Part shown: positions 9,655-20,135 of the stretch, in pieces
How the letters are laid out: every line of letters begins with the position of its first letter
Numbering within the stretch: the first letter of the stretch is position 1
From: a virus
IMG/VR virus record: IMGVR_UViG_3300006736_003672
Span: 11,876 to 75,875 of that record
Strand: one strand, 5' to 3'
DNA length: 64,000 nucleotides
Position numbers and translations under genes: made by a program
The notes under the pieces: generated by a model
Databases searched by the model: none
Told to the model about the DNA's origin: nothing
What the model saw: the letters and a program-made list of their open reading frames with translations, nothing else

Positions 9655-10486
9655 GACTTTTATAATTGCTGAAATAGGAATTAATCACAATGGGGATTTA
9701 AAAATAGCTAAAAAACTAATTAATGGAGCAGCCAAAGCCGGCTGCGATGCTGTAAAGTTTCAAAAAAGAACGATTGATTTAGTATATGCTACAGAAGATT
9801 TAGATAGACCTCGTGAAAGTCCATGGGGAACCACGAATAGAGAACAAAAACAAGGCCTGGAATTCAATAAGAGACAATATGATTCTATCGACGCGCATTG
9901 TAAAAAGAAGGGAATTGAATGGCTTGCGTCTGCTTGGGATGTAGAAAGTCAAATATTTTTAAGACAGTATGATTTAAAATACAACAAAGTAGCATCAGCC
10001 ATGCTTACACATCGCCAATTATTAGAGATGATAGCAGAAGAGGGAAAGCATACGTTTATATCCACTGGCATGAGCACTGTTGAACAAATTGGGAAAGCGG
10101 TGCAAATATTTGAAGATGCAGATTGCCCTTATGAATTAATGCATTGCAACAGCACGTATCCTATGCAAATTGAAAATGCTAATCTTAGAGCGATGGGAAC
10201 TTTGAAAAATACATTTCAATGCGACGTTGGCTATAGCGGCCACGAGTCTGGAATTATTGTTAGTTGTGCTGCAGCCGCTATTGGCGCCACATCAATTGAA
10301 AGACACATTACATTAGATCGGGCGATGTACGGATCGGATCAGGCTGCATCGTTGGAATTAACAGGACTAAATAGGCTTGTTGAATACGTTAGAGACATTG
10401 AAACATCGTTGGGGAGTCCTGAAAAGCATGTGTATGAAAGTGAGAAATCGATTGCTAAAAAGCTGAGAACAGTTGACACGTTATAG
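9647..10486 (+). CDS. neuB: Nonulosonic acid (sialic acid-like) synthase, short form without the SAF domain
   Basis: IIAEIGINHNGD, DAVKFQKR, ISTGMS, MHCNSTYP, GYSGHE, IERHITLDR and GSDQAASLE. Confidence 0.93.
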   Translation: MNKTFIIAEIGINHNGDLKIAKKLINGAAKAGCDAVKFQKRTIDLVYATEDLDRPRESPWGTTNREQKQGLEFNKRQYDSIDAHCKKKGIEWLASAWDVESQIFLRQYDLKYNKVASAMLTHRQLLEMIAEEGKHTFISTGMSTVEQIGKAVQIFEDADCPYELMHCNSTYPMQIENANLRAMGTLKNTFQCDVGYSGHESGIIVSCAAAAIGATSIERHITLDRAMYGSDQAASLELTGLNRLVEYVRDIETSLGSPEKHVYESEKSIAKKLRTVDTL

Positions 10487-11210
10487 AATAGCAGCGCTTA
10501 TACCAGCTCGCGGAGGAAGCAAAGGAATACCACGTAAAAATATAAAACAATTACATGGATTTCCCTTAATCGCTTATTCTATAGCAGTGTGCAAATTATC
10601 AAAATATATTGATGATATTTTTGTGTCTACTGAAGATTTGGAAATTGCACAAGTTGCTGAGAAATATGGAGCAACAATTCCTTTCATTAGACCATCTGAA
10701 TATGCAACTGATAATTCAACAGATCACGATGTTTTAAAACACTTTTTTAAAAACATAGATGTTGAAGATTTAATTTTTATTAGACCGACAACTCCTCTCA
10801 GGTGTCCAAATAGTTTGGATGAAATTGTTGAAAAATATTATGAAAACAAAAAAGAGACAACCTCCATTCGTTCTGTGCATGAAATACCTGAATCGCCACA
10901 TAAACTTTTTAAAATAGAAAATGGATACTGTAAAGGGTTTTTTAAAGATTTTAAAGGAGATGAGAATTATACTAATTTGCCTAGACAAGTCTTTCCAAAA
11001 GCTTATCAGCCTAATGGATATGCGGATATTTTAAAAAGAAGCATTGTTGAATCTGGGACTTCTTTTGGGGATAAAATAGTTCCGTATATAACTGATTTTG
11101 TAACGGAGATAGATGTTTCATATCAGTTTGAGATGTTAGAGAGAGAAATAAAATTTAACGGGCATAAATTATTAGATTTTTTAAATGAAAACTATACAAA
11201 CAAAACATAG
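10473..11210 (+). CDS. neuA: CMP-nonulosonate synthetase (acylneuraminate cytidylyltransferase)
   Basis: IPARGGSKGIPRKN, RPTTPLR and RQxxPKAYQPNG. TTG start overlaps neuB. Confidence 0.92.
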   Translation: MTRYRIAALIPARGGSKGIPRKNIKQLHGFPLIAYSIAVCKLSKYIDDIFVSTEDLEIAQVAEKYGATIPFIRPSEYATDNSTDHDVLKHFFKNIDVEDLIFIRPTTPLRCPNSLDEIVEKYYENKKETTSIRSVHEIPESPHKLFKIENGYCKGFFKDFKGDENYTNLPRQVFPKAYQPNGYADILKRSIVESGTSFGDKIVPYITDFVTEIDVSYQFEMLEREIKFNGHKLLDFLNENYTNKT

Positions 11211-12459
11211 AACAATCAAGTCTGATTTCGTATTAAATGAAACTTCTTTAACACGCAAAAAACAAAAATATGAATCAATTGCTCTAAGTGATCAATTGCC
11301 TATAACTTGGAGCAGGGCAAAAAACTTTAACATTTTTGATGACAGAGGAAACAAGTGGATTGACATGACGGCAGGAATCTTTGTGTGCAATGCGGGCCAT
11401 TCAAATCCTAAAATAGTTAAAGCGATAAAAAAACAATCTGATGAATTAATTTTTTCTTTCCTTTATAACACTGAAATTCGATATAAGTTTATTGAGAAGT
11501 TGCTTGAAATATCTCCTAATCATTTTGAAAAAGCTGTGTTATTGAGTACCGGATCTGAAGTTACTGATATTGCAAATAAGCTTATTAAATTCTGGGCCAA
11601 GAAAAATAATAAAAAATATATAATATCATTTAGAGGAAGTTACCATGGTAGAGCTTTGGGATCTGATTTTTTGTGTGGAGACGAGAACAGTACAGACTGG
11701 TCTAACATAAAAGATGATGATATTCATTTTGTTGATTTCCCTCACGCCGAAGACAAATTTGATTCATCTCATCTTCCAGATCCTGAAAAAATAGCAGCCT
11801 TTTTTCTAGAAACTTATCAAGGATGGGGAGCTTGGATGTATCCTGACGAATATATTAGGGACTTATATAGCTTTGCTAAAAAGCATGGAATTCTAGTATG
11901 TTTTGACGAGATACAGTCTGGTTTTTACAGAATGGGAAAATTGTATGGATATATGACATACGGCGATTATATAAAGCCTGATTTAGTATGTTTGGGAAAA
12001 GGAATATCATCGTCGCTTCCTATGGCGGCATTGTTAGGGACCAAAGAATTGATTGATGTGGACAAAAGCGCCATCGTCGGCGGAACTCATTCTGGTAATG
12101 CCGTATGTTGTGCCGCTTCGTTGGCAAATATAAGTTTTTTAACAGATGAAAAGTTTCAAAAGTCTTTACACAGGAAAAATAAAATATTTTATAAGCTGTC
12201 AAGAAGTTTGTTGCAATATAATTCTGTAACACACGTTAATGCGCGAGGGATGGTCACAGGAATAATTTTTGAGAACAAGGAAATAGCAACCAATGTTGTT
12301 AAAAAATGTATTTCTAAGGGTGTCCTTCCGGTGTGTACTTTCAAAAATGCAATAAAGCTTGGCCCTCCTTTGACAATAACAATTGGAGCGATCAAAGAGG
12401 CGATGAAGGTCATAGAAGAGTCAATTGAGGAGGCTGAAAATGAGTCAATCTGCGCTTAA
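11185..12459 (+). CDS. Class III PLP-dependent aminotransferase
   Basis: NAGHSNP, STGSE, GSYHG, FDEIQSGFYRMG, LGKGI and GTHSGN. Confidence 0.9.
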   Translation: MKTIQTKHRTIKSDFVLNETSLTRKKQKYESIALSDQLPITWSRAKNFNIFDDRGNKWIDMTAGIFVCNAGHSNPKIVKAIKKQSDELIFSFLYNTEIRYKFIEKLLEISPNHFEKAVLLSTGSEVTDIANKLIKFWAKKNNKKYIISFRGSYHGRALGSDFLCGDENSTDWSNIKDDDIHFVDFPHAEDKFDSSHLPDPEKIAAFFLETYQGWGAWMYPDEYIRDLYSFAKKHGILVCFDEIQSGFYRMGKLYGYMTYGDYIKPDLVCLGKGISSSLPMAALLGTKELIDVDKSAIVGGTHSGNAVCCAASLANISFLTDEKFQKSLHRKNKIFYKLSRSLLQYNSVTHVNARGMVTGIIFENKEIATNVVKKCISKGVLPVCTFKNAIKLGPPLTITIGAIKEAMKVIEESIEEAENESICA

Positions 12460-13153
12460 CAAGAAAGAATATTTGAAAATAACTTATTCCGAAGAACGCG
12501 CCCCTCGAAGTTCATATCCAGTTCAGTTGGGAGAGTATATATTTTCTAATTTTTATAAAAGAACTGGGAAAGTTTTAGATATTGGTTGTGGTCGCGGAGA
12601 TTCTTTAAGAGCACTTTCGTCTCTAGGATTTGAAGCATGTGGGGTAGACATATCTCCAGAAGCGCCAAGTTATAGCAAAGGATTTAATATAAAAGTTTTA
12701 AATCTTGAAAAGGAAGAATTGTCCTACGAAAATGAATTTGATTTTGTTTTTAGCAAATCTGTCGTTGAACATATGCACGATCCTATGGCTCTTATACAGG
12801 CAGCTCACAAAAGTCTAAAAGAAGGCGGTGTATCTGTAATTATGACACCAAGTTGGGAGCATAATTATAAGGCTGCTTTTTATATTGACCATACGCATGT
12901 CACTCCGTTTACTAGAGCATCACTAAAAGATATTATGGAGATGTCAGGGTTTAAAGATGTTGAAGTTTATTATTTTTATCAGCTTCCATATTTATGGAAA
13001 TATCCACATTTGAAGATGTTTTCCAAATTAGTATCATTATTACCTATTCCGTATGCCCCTTTGAATCAGGTTCCATGGAAGGTGTCCAATAAATTAAATA
13101 AATTTGTTAGATTTTCAAAAGAAGTTATGCTGTTGGCGGTGGCAAAAAAATGA
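12440..13153 (+). CDS. Class I SAM-dependent methyltransferase
   Basis: VLDIGCGRG, FDFVFSKSVVEH and LKEGG. ATG 12440 follows GAGGAGG. Confidence 0.9.
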   Translation: MSQSALNKKEYLKITYSEERAPRSSYPVQLGEYIFSNFYKRTGKVLDIGCGRGDSLRALSSLGFEACGVDISPEAPSYSKGFNIKVLNLEKEELSYENEFDFVFSKSVVEHMHDPMALIQAAHKSLKEGGVSVIMTPSWEHNYKAAFYIDHTHVTPFTRASLKDIMEMSGFKDVEVYYFYQLPYLWKYPHLKMFSKLVSLLPIPYAPLNQVPWKVSNKLNKFVRFSKEVMLLAVAKK

Positions 13154-13578
13154 TTAACATAAGGCATGTTGGAATTGTAGTTAGCGATATTGACAAATCT
13201 TTGTATTTTTACAAAGATTTGTTAGGGTTTGAAATTAAAAAAAACAATACTGAATCTGGAGAGTATATTGATACTTTTTTGGGACTGAACGATGTCATTG
13301 TGCAAACGGTTAAAATATCACTGAGTACCGGAGATATGATTGAACTGCTTCATTATAAAACAAACAAAGAAGAGGCGAAAGCAATAAAAATAAATCAAAT
13401 AGGATGTACTCATATAGCGGTAACTGTGGATAATCTAGATGAAACTTATAAACGTTTAAAGGAGGAAGGAGTATCATTTATTAATCCTCCTTTTGTTTCT
13501 TCGAGTGGGTTCGCCAAAGTTGCGTTTTGTAAAGATCCGGATGGATTCTTTATTGAGATGGTAGAAGAGTTAAAATGA
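13150..13578 (+). CDS. VOC/glyoxalase-family protein
   Basis: HVGIVVSD, FYKDLLGF, IELL, HIAVTV and DPDGFFIEMVE. Confidence 0.9.
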   Translation: MINIRHVGIVVSDIDKSLYFYKDLLGFEIKKNNTESGEYIDTFLGLNDVIVQTVKISLSTGDMIELLHYKTNKEEAKAIKINQIGCTHIAVTVDNLDETYKRLKEEGVSFINPPFVSSSGFAKVAFCKDPDGFFIEMVEELK

Positions 13579-14339
13579 ATATTGGAATAATACAGGGAAG
13601 ATTGTCTCCACCAAATGAAGGATTTCAAGAATGTCCGGACGACTGGGAGAGGGAATTTAGACTGTTAGAAAAGCTAGGGTTGTCTCACGTTGATTGGGTT
13701 GTGACTAAAGATTCATTTAAAAATAATCCAATTTTTTTTGAAGACTTGAGTGATTATTCGATAAGTTCTATTTGTGCAGATAATTTGGTTGACCAATGTA
13801 TTTTTGGAGAGCTTGCTAGCAATTTGGTGCCCATATGTGGCGCAGCCATTAGAAACAACATTAAAAACATAACAATTCCTCTTCTAGAAGACAGCAGTGT
13901 ACAAGATGAGAAAGACAGAGAAATTTTTATTAAATTAATGTTGCCAATAGCTGATCTATATAAAAATTTGAATTTTTCTTTTGAAGCTGAACTGGAGGCA
14001 GAAAAGCTTTTAGAAATTGTTAGTTTGCGTGATAATTTTTTTGTCACCTATGACACAGGAAATATAACTTCTTGCGGCTTTGATCATCAAAAATATATTA
14101 ATTTGGTAAAATATAAAATTGATAACGTACATTTGAAAGATAGAACTTTTGATGCGAAAACGGTTGAACCATTAACAGGAGACACAAATTTTGAATTAAT
14201 ATTTAAAATTTTACAAGGGATAGGCTATAATGGTGTGTACACATTACAAACTATGCGTGGCGAATCTGGAAATGAAGTAAGTGTTATTTCTAGACATAAA
14301 AAACTATTCGAGGAGATTATGAATGAACAATCCATTTGA
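13575..14339 (+). CDS. Sugar-phosphate isomerase/epimerase (xylose-isomerase-like TIM barrel)
   Basis: IGIIQGRLSP, FSFE, YDTGN, VHLKDR and GDTNF. Confidence 0.8.
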   Translation: MNIGIIQGRLSPPNEGFQECPDDWEREFRLLEKLGLSHVDWVVTKDSFKNNPIFFEDLSDYSISSICADNLVDQCIFGELASNLVPICGAAIRNNIKNITIPLLEDSSVQDEKDREIFIKLMLPIADLYKNLNFSFEAELEAEKLLEIVSLRDNFFVTYDTGNITSCGFDHQKYINLVKYKIDNVHLKDRTFDAKTVEPLTGDTNFELIFKILQGIGYNGVYTLQTMRGESGNEVSVISRHKKLFEEIMNEQSI

Positions 14340-15138
14340 TTTAACAGGAAAGACAGTTATGATAACTGGGGCAGGAGGCTTGCTTGGACCTAAGCATGCT
14401 GAAGCTGTTATTGAATTCGGCGCCCGGGCAATCATAACAGATCGTCACGAAGACCGCGCCCACGAAAAGGCAAAAGAACTGAATGATAAATATGGGAACG
14501 AATGTGCAATTCCTTTTTATATGGACGTAACAAAGAAAGAATCAATTCAAAATGTTGTTAACAAATTGGATAGAATTGACGTTTTAATTAATAATGCAGC
14601 CAAAGATCCAAAGGTGAAAAAAGAAGCTGGTCTAACTCCAGATAGTAGATTCGAAACCATGACAGAGGATTACTGGTTTGAAGGAATTGATGCCGCCTTG
14701 AATGGTACTTTTTTCTGCTCACAGGCTGTTGGAAATAAAATGTTAGAACAAGGGAGCGGAGTTATACTAAACATCTCTTCAGATTTAGGAGTTATAGCAC
14801 CAGATCAAAGACTTTATAGAAAAGACGGTGTCCCGGAAAGTTTACAGAATGTAAAACCGATAACCTATTCAGCAGCAAAATGGGCTATAATTGGAATGAC
14901 AAAGTATCTTGCTGTTTATTTTGCAAAAAAGAATATTAGAGTTAACTGTTTAAGTCCAACAGGAGTTTATAATAATCATCCGGAAGATTTTGTAAGTAAA
15001 CTGTCAAATATTATTCCAATGGGAAGAATGGCTGATATTGATGAATATAAAGGGGCAATTGTTTTTCTCTGTTCCGATGCTAGTACATACATGACTGGTG
15101 AAAATCTTGTTATTGATGGTGGAAAAAGCGTATGGTAA
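14323..15138 (+). CDS. SDR oxidoreductase (PtmA-like, found in nonulosonate clusters)
   Basis: TGAGGLLG, LINNAA, YSAAK, NIRVNCLSPTG and GENLVIDGG. Confidence 0.88.
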   Translation: MNNPFDLTGKTVMITGAGGLLGPKHAEAVIEFGARAIITDRHEDRAHEKAKELNDKYGNECAIPFYMDVTKKESIQNVVNKLDRIDVLINNAAKDPKVKKEAGLTPDSRFETMTEDYWFEGIDAALNGTFFCSQAVGNKMLEQGSGVILNISSDLGVIAPDQRLYRKDGVPESLQNVKPITYSAAKWAIIGMTKYLAVYFAKKNIRVNCLSPTGVYNNHPEDFVSKLSNIIPMGRMADIDEYKGAIVFLCSDASTYMTGENLVIDGGKSVW

Positions 15139-15491
15139 ATGAGTTGCCTATAAAGCATGTTGACAAAGGTTGGGGATATGAAAAGTGGATTGTAAATAAG
15201 TCTGAATACTGTGGAAAACTTTTATTTTTTAACAAGGGAAAAAGATGTTCGTGGCATTTCCACAAATTGAAAGATGAGGTTTTTTATTTACAATCTGGAA
15301 AGCTCCTTGTGAAATACTCCGATCAAAATAACGTTGAAGAGGCGGAAGAGGTGGTTCTTAATGCTGGTGAAAATTTTCATGTATACAGAGGGTTGAGACA
15401 TCAAATGATCGCACTGGAAAATTCAGAGTTATTTGAATTCTCTACAGAACATTTTGATAGTGACAGCTATAGGATTCAAAAGGGAGATTAA
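15132..15491 (+). CDS. Cupin protein (mannose-6-P isomerase/lyxose isomerase-like)
   Basis: KGWGYE, SWHFHKLKDEVF and HQM cupin metal motifs. Confidence 0.8.
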   Translation: MVNELPIKHVDKGWGYEKWIVNKSEYCGKLLFFNKGKRCSWHFHKLKDEVFYLQSGKLLVKYSDQNNVEEAEEVVLNAGENFHVYRGLRHQMIALENSELFEFSTEHFDSDSYRIQKGD

Positions 15492-15493
15492 AT

Positions 15494-15835
15494 TTGACTA
15501 TAGAGTCTGATACAATGGTTATATATGTCGACGTAGACGAGACAATATGTGATATGCCAGAAGAGTCTTCTGCGACTCGAGATTATAATAAGGCTGTTCC
15601 GATGATGGAAAGAATTAACAAAATAAATAATTTATATGATGAAGGGCATACAATAGTTTATTGGACTGCTCGCGGAAGTTTAACAGGAATAGATTGGCGA
15701 AAACTAACAGAAAAACAATTAAAAGAATGGGGCGCCAAATATCATGATCTTAAATTAGACAAGCCTTATTACGATCTTTTTATCGATGACAAAAATATAA
15801 ATTCTAATAACTATTTTAATGGATTTATAGCATGA
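15494..15835 (+). CDS. Small HAD-superfamily phosphatase (capsule-biosynthesis phosphatase-like)
   Basis: VDVDETIC, WTARG and KP.YDLFIDDK. Confidence 0.8.
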   Translation: MTIESDTMVIYVDVDETICDMPEESSATRDYNKAVPMMERINKINNLYDEGHTIVYWTARGSLTGIDWRKLTEKQLKEWGAKYHDLKLDKPYYDLFIDDKNINSNNYFNGFIA

Positions 15836-16911
15836 CGATAGTCCGCAACAATGGTCAATCAGATGGTCACAACCGCGATGCAAATGGCCGCATTCTTACT
15901 CATTCCAAGAACGAACCAATATACCTATTAGCCTACCCACGTTCAGGGAGTAATTGGTTTCGTTATTGTTTTGAGTTTATCACAAAAAGAACCGCCCACT
16001 CGAGACGAGCTGAATGGCCAACGGGCGCCTCGAATCCGATGCTCTTGTTCCATACACACGATCCAAACGATCATGGGTTATACGCAGCTGCTAATTTAAT
16101 AGAGCCAGATCTCGGAGGTGCTGCAGAATTGTCGGCTGATTATGATCCCGCTAGGCCTATAAAAAATATTTTGTTGGTGAGGAACTACAATGAAGCAATC
16201 GCAAGTCAATTGTATAATTATAGGGCCGAGCTAGCTTCCACAATAGCAGTAGGAAAGCAGTCCTTTGGGTTAACTCCCGACAAACCTGTTCCCTTTGAAA
16301 ACCAAGCCCCTCTAAATCCCAGTGAAATCGCAGGCCACGACCATGGCCCGATGCACAAAGAACCATCGGAGTTAATAAGCTACATTAGGCTAATAGAAAC
16401 TCACGACAAGTTTTCAAAGCGAGATCAAAAAACTAGTCTTTTAGTTTATTATGAAGACTTTATTACAGATCCGCGTCCTGTGTTGACAAAAGTTATAGAT
16501 TATTTAGAGAAAAACTTCCCCGAAGGCAGTTCCATCCGAATGCACGATTCCGCATGTTCATCTACATATGAGATCTTTGGCAAACATACATGCGCAACTT
16601 CTGACTCCTTGGCACTTCTGGGCTTTCCGACGTATTCCGCTGAATGTTACGATAAAATTATTATTCCTTCCCCAAAAGATATGAAAAACAACTTAGATAA
16701 ATTGTTGGAAAACCTTGATCATCATAAAAACACTTGCCTAAGGGCTTACAAAGCAGAATCTGGATTGGGGTTGTCTACAACAGAAAAATCTTCAAATCTA
16801 TCTTTCTATTCGTCATTGGTGAGTAAAGAGTTTTTATTAGAAATGGATAAGTGCATTAAAGAATACTCAGAACTTTTTAACAAGTATTTGTCACACTATG
16901 AGGGGGCTTAA
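15832..16911 (+). CDS. PAPS-dependent sulfotransferase-like protein 1
   Basis: 5'-PSB-like LLAYPRSGSNW, 3'-PB-like LLVRNYNEAIAS and YYEDFITDP. Confidence 0.75.
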   Translation: MTIVRNNGQSDGHNRDANGRILTHSKNEPIYLLAYPRSGSNWFRYCFEFITKRTAHSRRAEWPTGASNPMLLFHTHDPNDHGLYAAANLIEPDLGGAAELSADYDPARPIKNILLVRNYNEAIASQLYNYRAELASTIAVGKQSFGLTPDKPVPFENQAPLNPSEIAGHDHGPMHKEPSELISYIRLIETHDKFSKRDQKTSLLVYYEDFITDPRPVLTKVIDYLEKNFPEGSSIRMHDSACSSTYEIFGKHTCATSDSLALLGFPTYSAECYDKIIIPSPKDMKNNLDKLLENLDHHKNTCLRAYKAESGLGLSTTEKSSNLSFYSSLVSKEFLLEMDKCIKEYSELFNKYLSHYEGA

Positions 16912-17771
16912 TGAACCATCCATCAAAAGATGTAATATATTTATTGGCTTATCCACGCTCCGGAGCAAATTGGTTTCGCTACTGTTTTGAGTTTGTTACA
17001 AAGAAAGCAACCGGCCAAATGCCGAAATTCACCAGAAAGAAGGAAACAACAACTTCCACAAAATCTCCGTATTTGCTGTGGGAAACTTTAGCAACTGGTC
17101 CTCAATTTTTGTACCATACACATCGCCCTTTCGATGCCTCATGGGAACAAGCGCTCGATTCCGGAACACCGATAAAAAATATTTTATTGCTAAGAAACTA
17201 TAAGGAGGCGGTCATAAGTAATCTTGTAAATTTAGGACCAGACAATCCTGCATCAGAACTTGCATTTGCTTTTGAGCATGGTGCTGTGATGAATGAACTC
17301 AGCGCGCACTATTTTGTTACAAGCCTGTATGACAAATTTTTAGAACATGATCACGAAGGCGGTCTTTTAATTTATTATGAAGATTTTATTGAAGATCCAG
17401 CTTCTACATTAATGAAAGTTATAGATTATTTGGAGAAGAATTTTGACAAAACTATTATTCTTTCCTCAGATGAAATGAAAATTAATTTAAACACATTACT
17501 AGAAAACTTTGATCATCATAGAAACATATCTTTAAACAGTTACAGGGCAGACAAAACACAAATTAACTTGGCACTAACTTCGTATGACCTAAATAAAAAG
17601 AAAGAAAAATCTTCAGATTTGCTTTATTATTCTTCGCGCCTTCATAAATACAATTTATTAGATATGGACAAAACTATAAAAGAACTTGATATCGTCCTGT
17701 TTTACAAGTATTTATCACGTTATGACTCTAAAGATGGTCTTGCGGATGTTTTAGGAGATCTGCATGAATAA
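16911..17771 (+). CDS. PAPS-dependent sulfotransferase-like protein 2 (tandem paralogue)
   Basis: LLAYPRSGANWFRYCFEF, LLLRNYKEAVIS and YYEDFIEDP; aligns with the preceding ORF. Confidence 0.75.
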   Translation: MNHPSKDVIYLLAYPRSGANWFRYCFEFVTKKATGQMPKFTRKKETTTSTKSPYLLWETLATGPQFLYHTHRPFDASWEQALDSGTPIKNILLLRNYKEAVISNLVNLGPDNPASELAFAFEHGAVMNELSAHYFVTSLYDKFLEHDHEGGLLIYYEDFIEDPASTLMKVIDYLEKNFDKTIILSSDEMKINLNTLLENFDHHRNISLNSYRADKTQINLALTSYDLNKKKEKSSDLLYYSSRLHKYNLLDMDKTIKELDIVLFYKYLSRYDSKDGLADVLGDLHE

Positions 17772-18690
17772 CGTTCTTGTTACAGGTGGCAGTGGAATGG
17801 TCGGCAAAGCAATCGAAAAGATATTGCCAGAAGCCATGTATATCTCTTCCAAAGAATACGATTTAAGATCGCAGAATAAGTGTGAAGCATTATTTGAAAC
17901 ATATCAGCCAGAATATGTTGTTCATGCAGCCGCGAAAGTTGGAGGAATAAAAGGCAACATGGATAACTTGGGCACCTATTTTTATGATAATATTGCTATG
18001 AATATTAATGTTTTAGAAATGTCCAGAAAATTTAAAGTTAAGAAAGTAATATCTCTTTTGAGCACCTGCATATATCCAGTCGATATAGATTATCCTTTGG
18101 TCGAAGAACAAATTCATTCCGGCCCTCCTCATTTTTCAAACTATTCATATGCATATGCGAAAAGAATGCTTGATGTTCAATCAAAAGCATACCGCCAACA
18201 ATATGGTTGTAATTTCATTACAGTTACACCAAATAATCTATTTGGAGAAAATGATAATTTTGATTTAGAGAATTCTCATGTTATTCCAGCAATCATTAGA
18301 AAGATCTATGAAGCAGGGCAAAATAATAAAGACGTCACTTTGTGGGGAGATGGTTCTCCCTTAAGAGAATTTACTTATTCTGATGACGCAGCCAAAATAT
18401 TATTATTTTTACTTGAAAAATATGATAAACCTTCAACAATCAATATTGGGAACACGGAAGAATATTCTATTGAGTATGTTGCGAATACAATAGCAGATAT
18501 TTTCGATTTTAACGGAAGGATAATATGGGACACAACAAAGCCAAAGGGTCAGTTTAGAAAGCCTTCTGATAATTCTAAGTTACTTTCTTTAGGATGGGAC
18601 AAAGCCAATTATTCAGACTTTAAGAATTCTCTGGTTAAAACTTGTAATTGGTTCATAGAAAATTATCCAAACGTTAGAGGTGTAAATTGA
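17764..18690 (+). CDS. fcl: GDP-L-fucose synthase
   Basis: GGSGMVG, AAKVGGI, LSTCIYP, YAYAKR, SHVIPA and [10 protein letters not shown]. Confidence 0.93.
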   Translation: MNNVLVTGGSGMVGKAIEKILPEAMYISSKEYDLRSQNKCEALFETYQPEYVVHAAAKVGGIKGNMDNLGTYFYDNIAMNINVLEMSRKFKVKKVISLLSTCIYPVDIDYPLVEEQIHSGPPHFSNYSYAYAKRMLDVQSKAYRQQYGCNFITVTPNNLFGENDNFDLENSHVIPAIIRKIYEAGQNNKDVTLWGDGSPLREFTYSDDAAKILLFLLEKYDKPSTINIGNTEEYSIEYVANTIADIFDFNGRIIWDTTKPKGQFRKPSDNSKLLSLGWDKANYSDFKNSLVKTCNWFIENYPNVRGVN

Positions 18691-19664
18691 CAAAAACAGC
18701 GTTAATAACAGGAATAACAGGGCAAGACGGTTCATATTTAGCAGAATTGTTATTGAGCAAGGGGTATTATGTTGTTGGTGTGAAGAGACGTACTTCGTTG
18801 TTATGCACTGACAGAATTGATCATTTTTTCTCTCACCCTAACTTGAAGTTAGAATATGGGAACATGCATGACGCCGGCTGTTTTTGGAGATTGCTGAATA
18901 AATATAAGCCAGATGAAATTTATAATATTGCAGCTCAATCTCATGTAAGAGTGTCTTTTGAGGTTCCAGAAGAAACAGTGGATACAATTGTTATGGGAAC
19001 TCTTAGATTATTGAACGCTTATAAAGAGCTTTGTCCAGAATCTAAATTTTATCAAGCATCATCATCAGAAATGTTTGGTGATAATCCAGAGCCTCCTTTT
19101 AATGAAGAGTCAAATTTTATGCCTGCTTCACCATACGCATGCGCAAAAGTATTTGCTCACAATTTAGTCAGAAATTACAGGGAATCATATGGATTGTTTG
19201 CCTGCAGTGGCATTTTATTTAATCATGAATCACCTAGAAGAGGAGAGACATTTGTAACACGAAAAATAACAATGGCCGCCGCCAATATACTTGCGGGGAA
19301 CCAAGACAAACTTTATCTAGGAAACTTAGACGCTTATAGAGATTGGGGTCATGCGGAGGATTATGTGGAAGCAATATGGATGATGTTGCAGCAGGATGAG
19401 CCAGATGATTATGTGATAGCTACTGGAGAGGCTCATACAGTAAAAGAATTTTTGTATCATGTATTTGAATATTCTGGCTTAGGAGACCCTATGAAATATG
19501 TTGAAATTAATCCTAATCTGTACAGACCTCATGAAGTGCCGGTACTTATGGGAGATGTTACAAAAGCTAAAACAAAATTGGGATGGCAACCGAAAGTTAC
19601 TTTTAAAAAATTAGCAGAAATGATGTTTGATGCTGACTATCAATTAACAATAAAGGAGAAATAA
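18687..19664 (+). CDS. gmd: GDP-mannose 4,6-dehydratase
   Basis: [49 protein letters not shown] and RDWGHA. Confidence 0.96.
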   Translation: MTKTALITGITGQDGSYLAELLLSKGYYVVGVKRRTSLLCTDRIDHFFSHPNLKLEYGNMHDAGCFWRLLNKYKPDEIYNIAAQSHVRVSFEVPEETVDTIVMGTLRLLNAYKELCPESKFYQASSSEMFGDNPEPPFNEESNFMPASPYACAKVFAHNLVRNYRESYGLFACSGILFNHESPRRGETFVTRKITMAAANILAGNQDKLYLGNLDAYRDWGHAEDYVEAIWMMLQQDEPDDYVIATGEAHTVKEFLYHVFEYSGLGDPMKYVEINPNLYRPHEVPVLMGDVTKAKTKLGWQPKVTFKKLAEMMFDADYQLTIKEK

Positions 19665-19665
19665 T

Positions 19666-19875
19666 ATGAAATTATCAAACCAAGCAATGGGAGCATTAAT
19701 GATGGCTTTACAAAAGTCGCTTATGGATCAAAGCGACATTGTTGAGACATTAAGAGAATTTGATTTTGTGGTGAATACAGATGAACAACTAGTTGTAGAA
19801 AATCCACCAGTTCTTAGATTTGTCGAAGAAGAAGACAAAGAAGAGAAAATCATGCCTCGAGAAGAAGATTTTTAA
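19666..19875 (+). CDS. Small hypothetical protein
   Basis: 69-aa ORF with AAGGAG Shine-Dalgarno, in a contiguous gene run. Confidence 0.7.
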   Translation: MKLSNQAMGALMMALQKSLMDQSDIVETLREFDFVVNTDEQLVVENPPVLRFVEEEDKEEKIMPREEDF

Positions 19876-19877
19876 CA

Positions 19878-20135
19878 ATGCCTAAATATCTTTACAAATG
19901 TGGGTCTTGCGAAGAGATGTACTTAGTACGTCATCTAATGAAAGAGGTCGTGAATGTGTGTGAAAAATGTGGAGAAAAAGATTGTTTAAGGAAATTGCCT
20001 TTTTTCCCTGTGAACTTGAAGAAGGGCAAAAGGGAAAAAAAAGTTGGCGAAGTTGTAAAATCCCATATTGAAGAAACGAGAGAGGAAGTTGAAAAAGAGA
20101 AAGAAAAAATGAGACAAAAAGAATATAAGCCATGA
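19878..20135 (+). CDS. FmdB-type zinc-ribbon protein
   Basis: MPKYLYKCGSC...CEKCG. Confidence 0.75.
   Translation: MPKYLYKCGSCEEMYLVRHLMKEVVNVCEKCGEKDCLRKLPFFPVNLKKGKREKKVGEVVKSHIEETREEVEKEKEKMRQKEYKP

Noticed and set aside
1-19664. Bacterial O-antigen or capsule locus
   Set aside because: No wzx/wzy/wzm/wzt/kps export or priming transferase genes are seen, and the cluster is contiguous and co-oriented with phage sigma and baseplate genes. A host-surface target is still possible.
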